A stretch of 64,000 bases of DNA from a virus. The notes beneath the pieces are model-generated. The model was not told the DNA's origin, searched no databases, and saw only the letters and a program-made list of their open reading frames with translations. Both the position numbers and the translations under genes were made by a program. Of the stretch, positions 8,730 to 16,250 are shown in pieces. The stretch lies in IMG/VR virus record IMGVR_UViG_3300037506_000184, positions 1-64,000 of that record; one strand, given 5' to 3'. Each line of letters starts with the position of its first letter. The stretch's first letter is position 1.

Positions 8730-9119
8730 TCAGTGCCTCCCCTGCCGATCGGCCAGCGCCACCTGGTACGCGGCGGCTGCCGCCTCGCAGTCGTCGGCGT
8801 CGAGCTCGATCACCACGAGCACGTCCGACGGCGAGGCCGCGAAGATCACGCGGTTGCCGTGCACGCCTTCGACGACGATGCGCCCCGGCTCCGCTTCGAG
8901 AAGCCTCCCGCCGGCGTGGTGGCCTGAGCGGAGCGTGATTGAGACCCAGCGGCCGAGGTGCTCGGTGAGGATATCGGGGGCTTGTTGTGGAGCTTTCGCC
9001 TTGCGGGCTCGCCACCACGAGCGGATCCGCGAAGGCACATAGCCCGTGAGGGCGCTCAAGAAAACGAACCAGCAGGCGGCGACGACGAGGATCCTTGCGA
9101 TCTGGCTCGTATCGCTCAT
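8730..9119 (-). CDS. Membrane-anchored hypothetical protein
   Basis: The ATG at 9119 forms an ATGA overlap with the upstream stop. There is one N-terminal TM helix (ILVVAACWFVFLSALTGYV). Confidence 0.45.
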   Translation of the reverse strand: MSDTSQIARILVVAACWFVFLSALTGYVPSRIRSWWRARKAKAPQQAPDILTEHLGRWVSITLRSGHHAGGRLLEAEPGRIVVEGVHGNRVIFAASPSDVLVVIELDADDCEAAAAAYQVALADRQGRH

Positions 9120-9610
9120 GCACACTCCAGGCTCGCGAACTCGTTTCGCGTCGGCCGCTCTTCACCGCACTCGGAGCACTCCCAGCCCCCGCCCTTCGCG
9201 TGTTCGAGCTTGTGGCGCGGCTTGCGGTCGATCAGGTCGTAGCGCCCGGGGCCGAGCTTCCGGACCCTTTCGCCCTTTCGCGCCGCGGCGCCGAGGGTCG
9301 TGTCGACGCTCGCGGGTGTGGAGCCGATGCGTTCGGCGATCTCGGCGGCGGTGAGAGGGCCTGCCGCGAGAGCTTCGACGGCGCGGTCGGTGATCGTGCC
9401 GGTTGAGCGCGGGCGTGGTGGGGCGGTGACTTCGACCGAGGCGGTCTGGACCGCAGGAGCCGGCTCGTCGCGTCTCAGCGTTGCGATCAGGTTCTCGATG
9501 CCGTTGACGACGGACTCGAGGCGCTCGACATCGGCGCGCGCCTGGTCGAGCTTGCGACGGCAGTCGGCGCCGGCGCGCTCGAGGCTTTCGATCAGCTCGG
9601 CGTTGCTCAT
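9116..9610 (-). CDS. Coiled-coil plus winged-helix-like DNA-binding protein
   Basis: A coiled N-terminus is followed by AVEALAAGPLTAAEIAERIGSTPASVDTTLGAAARKGERVRKLGPGRYDL, which reads as wHTH-like. Confidence 0.5.
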   Translation of the reverse strand: MSNAELIESLERAGADCRRKLDQARADVERLESVVNGIENLIATLRRDEPAPAVQTASVEVTAPPRPRSTGTITDRAVEALAAGPLTAAEIAERIGSTPASVDTTLGAAARKGERVRKLGPGRYDLIDRKPRHKLEHAKGGGWECSECGEERPTRNEFASLECA

Positions 9611-9613
9611 GGC

Positions 9614-10351
9614 TCAGTGCACCGCGCCCTTCTCGATCGCCTCGCGCTGCTCACGCGGCAGGCGCTTGCGGTCCTCACGCCGGGCAATCGTCACGGCGTC
9701 TTCGACCGTGGGCGGTTCGTCCCGGCCGTCGTCGATGCGCTCAGCCGCCCCCTGCACGGCGCCACCGAGCCGCTTTCGCAGATCCCGCAGCAGCGCGGCC
9801 GTCTCGGGCCGCTTGTCCTCGAGCTCGCCGGTGATGACCTTGCCGATTTGCACGGGCTCTTTCGTCGGCGGTGCCGGGAGCTGCGGGAGCGCCCCGGCAG
9901 ACGCCGCTGATTCGCGCATGGTGCGCTCGAGGATCCCGCGGTAAAGCTGCAGAAAGTGCGCCCGGTCGGCCATCTGGTTCGTGCTCATGCAGAGCGTTCG
10001 CCAGCCCATCGAGTCGACGGCCATCCGGGTCAGCGCGTGCAGTCTCGACGGCTCGCCGTAGCTGCCGACGCGGGTGATCTCGGCGAGCACCTGGCCCCAC
10101 GCCTCGTCGGGAGCGGGGAGTGAGACACTCGAGGCCTTGGCGTGGCGCTCGACGATCATGCGCCGCAGGTCTGCGCAATCGAGGCGTTCGCTGCTCGAGC
10201 GCATCCAGTCCATCGCGACCGCCTTTGCGACGTCGAAATCGAGATCCGTGATCAGCTCGGCGTAGAGTTCGATCTGCCGCGTGGTCCACGCCGGCACCGG
10301 GTAGCGGGCAGCGACCATCAGGGTGATGTCTTCCGCTTGTTCGTAGGTCAT
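9614..10351 (-). CDS. G39P-like helicase-loader / replication protein
   Basis: From the ATG at 10351 (ATGA overlap): MTYEQAEDITLMVAARYPVPAWTTRQIELYAELITDLDFDVAKAVAMDW. This resembles the loader-and-inhibitor-of-G40P pattern. Confidence 0.55.
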   Translation of the reverse strand: MTYEQAEDITLMVAARYPVPAWTTRQIELYAELITDLDFDVAKAVAMDWMRSSSERLDCADLRRMIVERHAKASSVSLPAPDEAWGQVLAEITRVGSYGEPSRLHALTRMAVDSMGWRTLCMSTNQMADRAHFLQLYRGILERTMRESAASAGALPQLPAPPTKEPVQIGKVITGELEDKRPETAALLRDLRKRLGGAVQGAAERIDDGRDEPPTVEDAVTIARREDRKRLPREQREAIEKGAVH

Positions 10352-11295
10352 GCGTTCCCCTTGGCGGCGCGACGAGCCAGCACCTCGTCGATCGCGGCAT
10401 CGGTGGCGCCGGCGGCGAACTGCTGCCCGGGCTTCCGCGCGGAAGTGCCAGCGGCTTTCACCTCCGCGTCGATCCTGGTCAGCCGCTGTCGCTCGTTCTG
10501 GAAGAACCACCGGAGCCACGAGTACGGGTTTCCGCGGCCGTTCGATTTCGATTTCCGAATCGCCGCTTCGCCATCGGGGCCGGAGAGGCTACTGGCCGCC
10601 TCGATCAGTGTCGGAAGGAACGGGACAGTGCCGTAGCCGCGGCGGATGTCGTAGAGCGCCTGCGCTGGATCCAGCAGCTCACGCAGGTAGGGTGTTGCCT
10701 TCGCGATCTCAACCGCTTCGGCAAGTTCGCCGTCGACGACGACGGGCTTTTCCGCCCTGGTAGTAGATTCATCGTCGTCTACTTCTCCAGAAAGATTCGA
10801 TACAAAATCAGTTACTGGAGATGGAGTAGGAGAAGGAGGGTTACAAAACCCTTGGCCCGACCCTTCGGGCAGACCCTTACCGCCACCCTTACCCTGACCC
10901 TTACGGTCACCCTTATCAGTACCCTTACCCTGACCCTTACCTCCCCAGCGCTTCTCGGCCGACCTCTGGCCGCCCCTTGAGCCGCTCTCTCGGGCCTCGA
11001 TTTGGGCCTGCCTAACAGCGTAGAGCTTCGCGTTGATGAGCCGTTCCGGCCGCTCCGGGTGTGGATCGAAGCAGGCCAGGATCTCAGTCTTGAGGCGCCC
11101 CCAGCGCTGCCCAAGGGTCGACAGGTTGGCCAAGAGTCGATCGTCCCCTGGCAATGAGCAATCGTCATCCGCCCAGGCATGGCAGAGAAGGCGGATGTAG
11201 GCGCCCTGCTGCTCTAGTGTCATGAGCGCGATGCGCGTCGATCCGAGCCAGTCGGAGGCATAGAACTGGAACGCTGGAGGGAGTCCCTTCGCCAT
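10348..11295 (-). CDS. DUF1376 (YdaU-like) phage replication-associated protein with a Gly/Lys low-complexity linker
   Basis: FQFYASDWLGSTRIALMTLEQQGAYIRLLCHAWADD is the DUF1376 hallmark. The linker is GKGQGKGTDKGDRKGQGKGGGKG. Confidence 0.75.
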   Translation of the reverse strand: MAKGLPPAFQFYASDWLGSTRIALMTLEQQGAYIRLLCHAWADDDCSLPGDDRLLANLSTLGQRWGRLKTEILACFDPHPERPERLINAKLYAVRQAQIEARESGSRGGQRSAEKRWGGKGQGKGTDKGDRKGQGKGGGKGLPEGSGQGFCNPPSPTPSPVTDFVSNLSGEVDDDESTTRAEKPVVVDGELAEAVEIAKATPYLRELLDPAQALYDIRRGYGTVPFLPTLIEAASSLSGPDGEAAIRKSKSNGRGNPYSWLRWFFQNERQRLTRIDAEVKAAGTSARKPGQQFAAGATDAAIDEVLARRAAKGNA

Positions 11296-11297
11296 CG

Positions 11298-11594
11298 CTA
11301 CGCCGCCCTCCTGCGCCCGATCTCCCGATTGAGGTACCAAGCGGCCTTCTCGAGATCCGTGAGCGCGTCACCCTTGCGGTCGGCCCGGGCGACGTACTTG
11401 ACGACGTTGCCGAGATTGAACCCGAGCCCCCACGCCTCAATCGCGTCGATCACCTCAATGCCACCGGTGACGTAGTGGGCGGGATGGTTCACCGGATCGG
11501 TAGGCATCCCGTAGCGACTGTCGCGACTGCACCATTTCGGGCACGGTCCTGCCGTGAGGCCGTGCACGTGCATGGCGGTGGGGCCGATTTCCAT
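11298..11594 (-). CDS. DUF3310 phage protein
   Basis: Family pattern present: HPAHYVTGGIEVIDAIEAWGLGFNLGNVVKYVARADRKGDALTDLEKAAWYL. Confidence 0.75.
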   Translation of the reverse strand: MEIGPTAMHVHGLTAGPCPKWCSRDSRYGMPTDPVNHPAHYVTGGIEVIDAIEAWGLGFNLGNVVKYVARADRKGDALTDLEKAAWYLNREIGRRRAA

Positions 11595-11978
11595 CTACGC
11601 CGCCCTCCCCCCAGCCCGATCCTCGCCCTTGCGCTCCCGCGGCTGCGGTGGATGCGTCCGCGCGCATTCCCCCTCGTGCCCAAGGAGCCGCCCGCACGCC
11701 GGGTTCTCGCAGAGCCCAATCGATCGCCGACGCGCCCTGTCGCCGGCGCCGAACGGATGGAGCGGCTCTTTCGAGGGCAGCAGATCGACCTTGATCCGCC
11801 CTGCGGTGGCGAGCTTCACGAGGTCGCTGACCCGCATACCCTGGCCGCCCTTCTCGATGTTTCGGAGCCAGCTCTCGCCGACGCCGGCCAGGATCGCGAA
11901 GCCTTTCACGCTGAAGCCGCACCGGAGCCGGAGCTCGCGGACGCGCTGACCGAGACGCACGTTGAACTCGTGCTCTGC
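11595..11978 (-). CDS. XRE-family HTH transcriptional regulator
   Basis: From the ATG at 11978: NVRLGQRVRELRLRCGFSVKGFAILAGVGESWLRNIEKG. Confidence 0.65.
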   Translation of the reverse strand, partial: AEHEFNVRLGQRVRELRLRCGFSVKGFAILAGVGESWLRNIEKGGQGMRVSDLVKLATAGRIKVDLLPSKEPLHPFGAGDRARRRSIGLCENPACGRLLGHEGECARTHPPQPRERKGEDRAGGRAA

Positions 11979-11983
11979 CGGCG

Positions 11984-12187
11984 TCATTCCCACACCTCGG
12001 CCCGAGCCTGGGCCCGCGCCGTCTCGAGCATCGAGTTGAACTTGCCTGGCGGGAGCTGCATCCCGGCGAGCGTGACGAACTTCGCGTTGACGGCGCTGTC
12101 GTCGCTGAGATCCGGATCGATCCAGAGGGGCAGCGCGACAGCACAACCGGCGCCGAGGATGAAGCCGACGATGCCGGCGGCGATCAC
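11984..12187 (-). CDS. Small single-TM protein, 67 aa
   Basis: GTG at 12187 with a GGAGG RBS and a GTGA overlap with the upstream stop (VIAAGIVGFILGAGCAVALPLW...). Confidence 0.4.
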   Translation of the reverse strand: MIAAGIVGFILGAGCAVALPLWIDPDLSDDSAVNAKFVTLAGMQLPPGKFNSMLETARAQARAEVWE

Positions 12188-12597
12188 GAGACACCTCCCC
12201 ACCACTTCTTGCCGCAGGCCTCGCAGTCGATCCCGAGCCCACCGGTGAGCACGAGGTCTCGCACCTCGCCGGCGACATCGATCCCGAATCGACCAAGCCA
12301 CGAGCGAAACCGCTTCGACGGCCAGACTGGGAGCCCGGTGGCCTCGTCATCGTCCCAGGCGCCCGAGAGCGCAGCGCAGAACGGACAGCGGCAGCGGATG
12401 AGCCCGCGGGCGAGCAGCTCCGGCAGGGCGGCACCGAGGGCCGTCAGGCGACCGAATAGGCCGTCGGCAGCGAGAAGGCGCACCGGGGGCGCCGGGGTCT
12501 CTGCCGCCTCTTCCTTCCTCTCCACTCCCTCGTCCACTTCCTTCTCCGCCCCCGGATTCTGCTTGCACGAGTCCGGGGCTTCAGGTACGATTTCCAT
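12184..12597 (-). CDS. Hypothetical Cys-containing protein
   Basis: ATG at 12597 (MEIVPEAPDS...). CRCPFC and CEAC pairs suggest a zinc site. Confidence 0.45.
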   Translation of the reverse strand: MEIVPEAPDSCKQNPGAEKEVDEGVERKEEAAETPAPPVRLLAADGLFGRLTALGAALPELLARGLIRCRCPFCAALSGAWDDDEATGLPVWPSKRFRSWLGRFGIDVAGEVRDLVLTGGLGIDCEACGKKWWGGVS

Positions 12598-12669
12598 CGT
12601 TGAGCCTTTCTCGCCCGGATCGGACGCCGCCAAGCTGGCCGATCCGGGCGTTGCTGTTTTGTGGGCCTG

Positions 12670-12972
12670 CTACTCGGTCGGGTTCGGGTTCTCCTCGTTC
12701 GCCGGGTTCTCCGGTGCCGGCGGCTCCCCTCCCGGCGCCGCGATCGCCGCCGCGAGCTTCTCGGTCATCCCGTCGATCTGCGCCTGATGCGCGTCGAAGA
12801 GCGCCTTCTGCTCGTCGGTGAGTCCACCGGCCGCCTCTTCGAGCTGCTGGCGCAGATTCGCCTCCGAGGCGCGGAGAACGCCGAACGCGGCCACGGCCGA
12901 ATCGACCACGCCCGCCAGCCGTTCCACCTTCTGCAGGGATTCCTGCAGCTCGTCGTCACGAAGTCCCATCAT
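12670..12972 (-). CDS. Coiled-coil hypothetical protein
   Basis: 100-aa ORF with acidic, helical composition. Confidence 0.5.
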   Translation of the reverse strand: MMGLRDDELQESLQKVERLAGVVDSAVAAFGVLRASEANLRQQLEEAAGGLTDEQKALFDAHQAQIDGMTEKLAAAIAAPGGEPPAPENPANEENPNPTE

Positions 12973-13193
12973 CCACCTCCTGGTTTGTTGCCGCCGCGGC
13001 GTGCGGTTTTTTCGTCGCGACGGACGGCCGCGTCGAGTTTGTCCGTCGATTCATCGAGCAGTTCGTTGATGCGCCGCTTCGTTGCCGCCTCGCGCTCATG
13101 GCGCCGGCGCCGGTCGTCGAGCGCGGTGTGGATCAGCGCCAGGACGAGCGCGAGAGCGACGCAAGCGGCGACGATGGCGAGGGCGGTCAGCAT
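12969..13193 (-). CDS. Small single-TM protein, 74 aa
   Basis: Internal ATG at 13193 (MLTALAIVAACVALALVLALIH...). Confidence 0.45.
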   Translation of the reverse strand: MLTALAIVAACVALALVLALIHTALDDRRRRHEREAATKRRINELLDESTDKLDAAVRRDEKTARRGGNKPGGG

Positions 13194-13329
13194 CGAGCCT
13201 CCGCTGGCCGGCGCAACACGTACCACCACGGCACCACGGACGACGGCCGATGCGAGCACGAGACGACGTGCCAGCCGACGAGGACGAGGCGCACGGCGCG
13301 CGTGTAGTCGGTGATGGCGTAGTCGTAGG

Positions 13330-13886
13330 TCATGCGGTGGCCTCTTCCTGTTCGGCACTCGACCCAATCAGGTCGAACAGCGTCGGCGTGGCGATCTCGC
13401 GATCGACGGAACGTACGTGTTCAACGCCGTCGTCGAAGTAACTTCCGTTCAATTCGACGCCGATCGAGCGGCGACCGAGCTTCGTTGCGCAGTAGGGCAC
13501 GGTCATGAGGCCGCCGAACGGATCGAGCACGTGATGCTGAGGCCCAGCTTCTCCGCGTCGCGGCGGAATTCCTGGCGGACGCCGAGCGGCGCAACGATCA
13601 GCGCACGGCCGCCGACGCGTTCGGTGATCAGCCGCAGGATCTCGAGCTGCATGAACGTCTTGCCGAGCCCGAAAGCGGCGAAGATGGCCCGCCTTCCTCC
13701 CTCGACCGCCCAGCGAACGATCGCCCGCTGGTGCGGCTTCAGCATCGGGTTGATGTCCGACTCCTCGATCGAGAAGCCGTACGAGTGATCAAGCTTCACC
13801 TTGGCGCGGAGGAAGGCCTCGTAGGCGTCGATCGTGACAGTCTCGGCCGCGAGCCCGGCGCCGGCGGATGTCTCGGCGTACCTCAC
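13330..13886 (-). pseudogene. Deletion remnant of a phage SNF2/DEAD helicase - DNA methyltransferase fusion gene
   Basis: The 127-aa N-terminal piece carries KPHQRAIVRWAVEGGRRAIFAAFGLGKTFMQLE...LIVAPLGVRQEF. It abuts, in a different frame, a 66-aa C-terminal methylase piece (VLDPFGGLMTVPYCATKLGRRSIGVELNGSYF). The junction lies around 13528-13545. Confidence 0.6.
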
Positions 13887-14401
13887 GGCTGCTCCTCGAT
13901 CGGCTCGACCGTGACGACCACCTCGGGCGGCGCGCCCTGTGCGGCAATCCGCTTTCGGATCCGCACGTCCGCCACCTGCGAATCGTCGATCCAGAGAACG
14001 CCCTTGCCGCTATCTTTGACGGCCTTCAAAACGTTGTCGGCATCGGGCTTCTTCGCGTGCGGCCGCTCTGGCCGGGGTTTGGTTTTCCGCCACTCCGACC
14101 GAGGGCAGGTGAAGCGAGCGATGACGTCGACGCGCACGGGCCCGGTGAACGGTCGCAGACCGGCGGCTGCCATGCCGGCGCGCAGATGGTCTTGCGCCAT
14201 AGCCTTCCAGTTCCGCGACTTCGTTGGGTCGAAGACCGTCGTGATCGTCTGGCCGCTCTTGAGCCGCACCTTGCCGACCCGGCCGCGGCCCTGGGCGTGC
14301 GGTTCGCCAGGGATGGTGATGGTGACGCGCGTGTGAGGTTTCGCCGGCGCGCCGTACGCAGGCGCCTCGTCGCAGCGGAGAAGGCCAAGCTGCTCGTTCA
14401 T
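13883..14401 (-). CDS. rusA: RusA-family Holliday-junction resolvase
   Basis: Family pattern present: IPGEPHAQGRGRV..., KKPDADNVLKAVKDSGKGVLWIDDSQV. I prefer the ATG at 14401. Confidence 0.8.
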   Translation of the reverse strand: MNEQLGLLRCDEAPAYGAPAKPHTRVTITIPGEPHAQGRGRVGKVRLKSGQTITTVFDPTKSRNWKAMAQDHLRAGMAAAGLRPFTGPVRVDVIARFTCPRSEWRKTKPRPERPHAKKPDADNVLKAVKDSGKGVLWIDDSQVADVRIRKRIAAQGAPPEVVVTVEPIEEQP

Positions 14402-14727
14402 GCCGGCGCTCCACAGCGGCAGCTCACGTGCTCCTGCCCGCAATCGTCGCAGGTCGCCGCGCGCAGCCGCTTGTAATCGTCGAGGTGCGGGCGCTGCTCG
14501 TCTCGCAGCCGCTCCGCCGTCGCGCGATCTCCGGCCTTCACGGCGGCGCAGATCGGCGCGACGTAGGCGGCGGCGCGGTCACGGGCGGCGAGGGCGGCCG
14601 TCATGCTGCTGCGCGCCTCCGGTACAGTGTCGAGCCGAAGATGCGCGCCAACGTGCCTCGCTGCTCGCTGGGCGTCTTCTCGGATTTCCCCCGCCGCTTC
14701 CACGCTGCCCTGGTCGTCGGCAGCCAT
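14398..14727 (-). CDS. Hypothetical 109-aa protein
   Basis: The stop overlaps the RusA start. The C-terminal CDDCGQEHVSCRC is a Cys cluster. It overlaps the next ORF by 127 nt, so one of the two may be wrong. Confidence 0.4.
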   Translation of the reverse strand: MAADDQGSVEAAGEIREDAQRAARHVGAHLRLDTVPEARSSMTAALAARDRAAAYVAPICAAVKAGDRATAERLRDEQRPHLDDYKRLRAATCDDCGQEHVSCRCGAPA

Positions 14728-14942
14728 GCGCGGGTCCTCAGCAGGCGGAGCGCTTCCCTGACCGGCACGCGGACGACTTCGCGCGCGCCGATCTTGCGGA
14801 GGGTGAAGAGCTTGCCGAGATTTCGACTCACCGACGGCGGACGTACGGCCCGGAGCGTTCGCGCCAGGACCTTCGCTGCGTGACGTCGCTCCTGGCGGAT
14901 CTCGAGCGGCGGCCTTGGATGACGGTTGTAGAGCGTGCTCAT
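14601..14942 (-). CDS. Possible excisionase/MerR-type HTH protein (only the first ~70 codons are convincing)
   Basis: VSRNLGKLFTLRKIGAREVVRVPVREALRLL resembles the excisionase-type HTH tail. The C-terminal third is Arg-rich and overlaps the neighbouring ORF. Confidence 0.3.
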   Translation of the reverse strand: MSTLYNRHPRPPLEIRQERRHAAKVLARTLRAVRPPSVSRNLGKLFTLRKIGAREVVRVPVREALRLLRTRAWLPTTRAAWKRRGKSEKTPSEQRGTLARIFGSTLYRRRAAA

Positions 14943-14964
14943 CGGCTCACCCCGGAGAGGGGCG

Positions 14965-14990
14965 CACGGAGGCCGCGGAGCCTCCGTGCT
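14965..14990. other. Perfect 10-bp stem-loop in an intergenic region
   Basis: GCACGGAGGC-cgcgga-GCCTCCGTGC. A weak TTT follows on the plus strand only. Confidence 0.3.
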
Positions 14991-15147
14991 TTGGGAGTAG
15001 TCCCGGGCGGAAGGGGGAAAAGCACCGCCGGGACGCGGGGCAGAGGGATCGGCGCGGAGCGGAAGGTCCCATCCAAGCGGCCGTCCCTCACGGCCCGGTC
15101 CACTCCTGTTGCCCGCAACTGAGGTGACGTCGCGACGCCGAAGTCGA

Positions 15148-15309
15148 TCATTCCGCCGGCTCCATGAACAGGCCCAGGTGCTTGCCCATCAACATCGCAG
15201 CCGCGTAGATCGCCATGATGATCGCGGCCCAGCCCTTGCCCTCGTCGAAGAAGTGCAAGGCGAGCATCGCTGAGGCGCCGAACGCCATGCCGTAGACGAA
15301 ATCCGTCAC
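15148..15309 (-). CDS. Small membrane protein, 53 aa
   Basis: The GTG at 15309 forms a GTGA overlap with the HNH gene stop (VTDFVYGMAFGASAMLALHFF...AIIMAIYAAAMLMG). Confidence 0.4.
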   Translation of the reverse strand: MTDFVYGMAFGASAMLALHFFDEGKGWAAIIMAIYAAAMLMGKHLGLFMEPAE

Positions 15310-15605
15310 GCGGCCTCCCTGATCCTGCGGCGGCGCGGCATGGGATCGACCGGAACAGCCTCGCGCCGATAGCGGTTGCGGAAGCGTTCGGCGGGCTCGC
15401 CTTCCAGCGGCGCCTCGACAGCGGAACCCTTGAAGCGATTGCACCGACCGTGCACGGCCTGGAGATTCGAGAGACGGTTGCTGCCGCCGTGCGCGCGCGG
15501 AACGATGTGGTCGAGCGTCGCGTCCTTCCAGCGGAGCCCGCCACCGCAGAGCGCGCAGCGGTAGCGCTGACGTCGCCAGAGGACCTTGCGGCGATGCTTC
15601 AGCAT
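15306..15605 (-). CDS. HNH endonuclease
   Basis: HNH signature present: CALCGGGLRWKDATLDHIVPRAHGGSNRLSNLQAVHGRCNRFK. Confidence 0.8.
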   Translation of the reverse strand: MLKHRRKVLWRRQRYRCALCGGGLRWKDATLDHIVPRAHGGSNRLSNLQAVHGRCNRFKGSAVEAPLEGEPAERFRNRYRREAVPVDPMPRRRRIREAA

Positions 15606-16250
15606 CTATGCAGCCTCCTGGACGCGGACGTAGTGACCGCCTCGGCCGACGCCACGGCCACCATGGGCGAAGCTGTGGTGATCGCGGCAAAGCCAGACGA
15701 CCTCGAGCGGCTTGCTATGGTCGGGATGGTGGGCGTGAACGAGGAGCGCGCCGCAGGCCTCGAGTTCGCACGGCTGAGGGACGAGCTTGCCCGAACGGAT
15801 CGCATTGCGGACGGCGTTCCGCGCCGCGACGTGAACCGGATCGCGTCGCTTGACGTATCGGCTGTTGTCGGTGCTGACCCCGCCCTTCCAATTCGCATTC
15901 AGCTCGCCGCGCTGGTCGCGCTTGGTCGCGCCGACGCCACCTGCAACGTTCCGGCAATGCTCGCCGCAGAACCGGCTCGTCTTCACCCGGTCGGTGCGCG
16001 GGAAGTAGGACTCGCCACACTGCTCGCAGATCTTGGCGACCTTCGAGAGGTAGCGGCGCTGGGGGCGAGGCGCGCGAAGGGGATGGGCTAGCGCTTCCTC
16101 GTCGGATACGAGGTCGGCACCGGTAGTCTTGCTACCGATTTGAGGCGAAAACGCCCCGATATAGCCCCCGGTGCCGGCAGCTCTGGCAGGCTCAACAAGG
16201 GCACTCTCCGACGAGAAAGCCTTAGAACGATAGCTATTTGCGGCGTCCAC
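15606..16250 (-). CDS. HNH-like zinc-finger nuclease
   Basis: CEQCGESY...FCGEHC, followed by HAHHPDHSKPLEVVWLCRDHH, a typical phage HNH tail. The annotated start overlaps the integrase stop by 17 nt, so the true start may be internal. Confidence 0.7.
   Translation of the reverse strand: MDAANSYRSKAFSSESALVEPARAAGTGGYIGAFSPQIGSKTTGADLVSDEEALAHPLRAPRPQRRYLSKVAKICEQCGESYFPRTDRVKTSRFCGEHCRNVAGGVGATKRDQRGELNANWKGGVSTDNSRYVKRRDPVHVAARNAVRNAIRSGKLVPQPCELEACGALLVHAHHPDHSKPLEVVWLCRDHHSFAHGGRGVGRGGHYVRVQEAA
16119..16139. repeat. Imperfect inverted repeat ACCGGTAG-tcttg-CTACCGaT
   Basis: Read directly from the DNA. It uses the same 8-mer as the inverted repeat at 16340-16372. Confidence 0.5.

Noticed and set aside
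8410-9165. Upstream 252 codons of the 405-aa minus-strand ORF 7948..9165
   Set aside because: This part is Arg/Pro-rich with no plausible protein character. It overlaps two better-supported genes in other frames. Only the last 153 codons were kept.
13187-13333. 48-codon ORF coupled by ATGA to the methylase remnant
   Set aside because: The start-stop coupling is suggestive, but the peptide (MTYDYAITDYTRAVRLVLVGWHVVSCSHRPSS...) has no features. It follows a pseudogene, so the coupling may be a relic.
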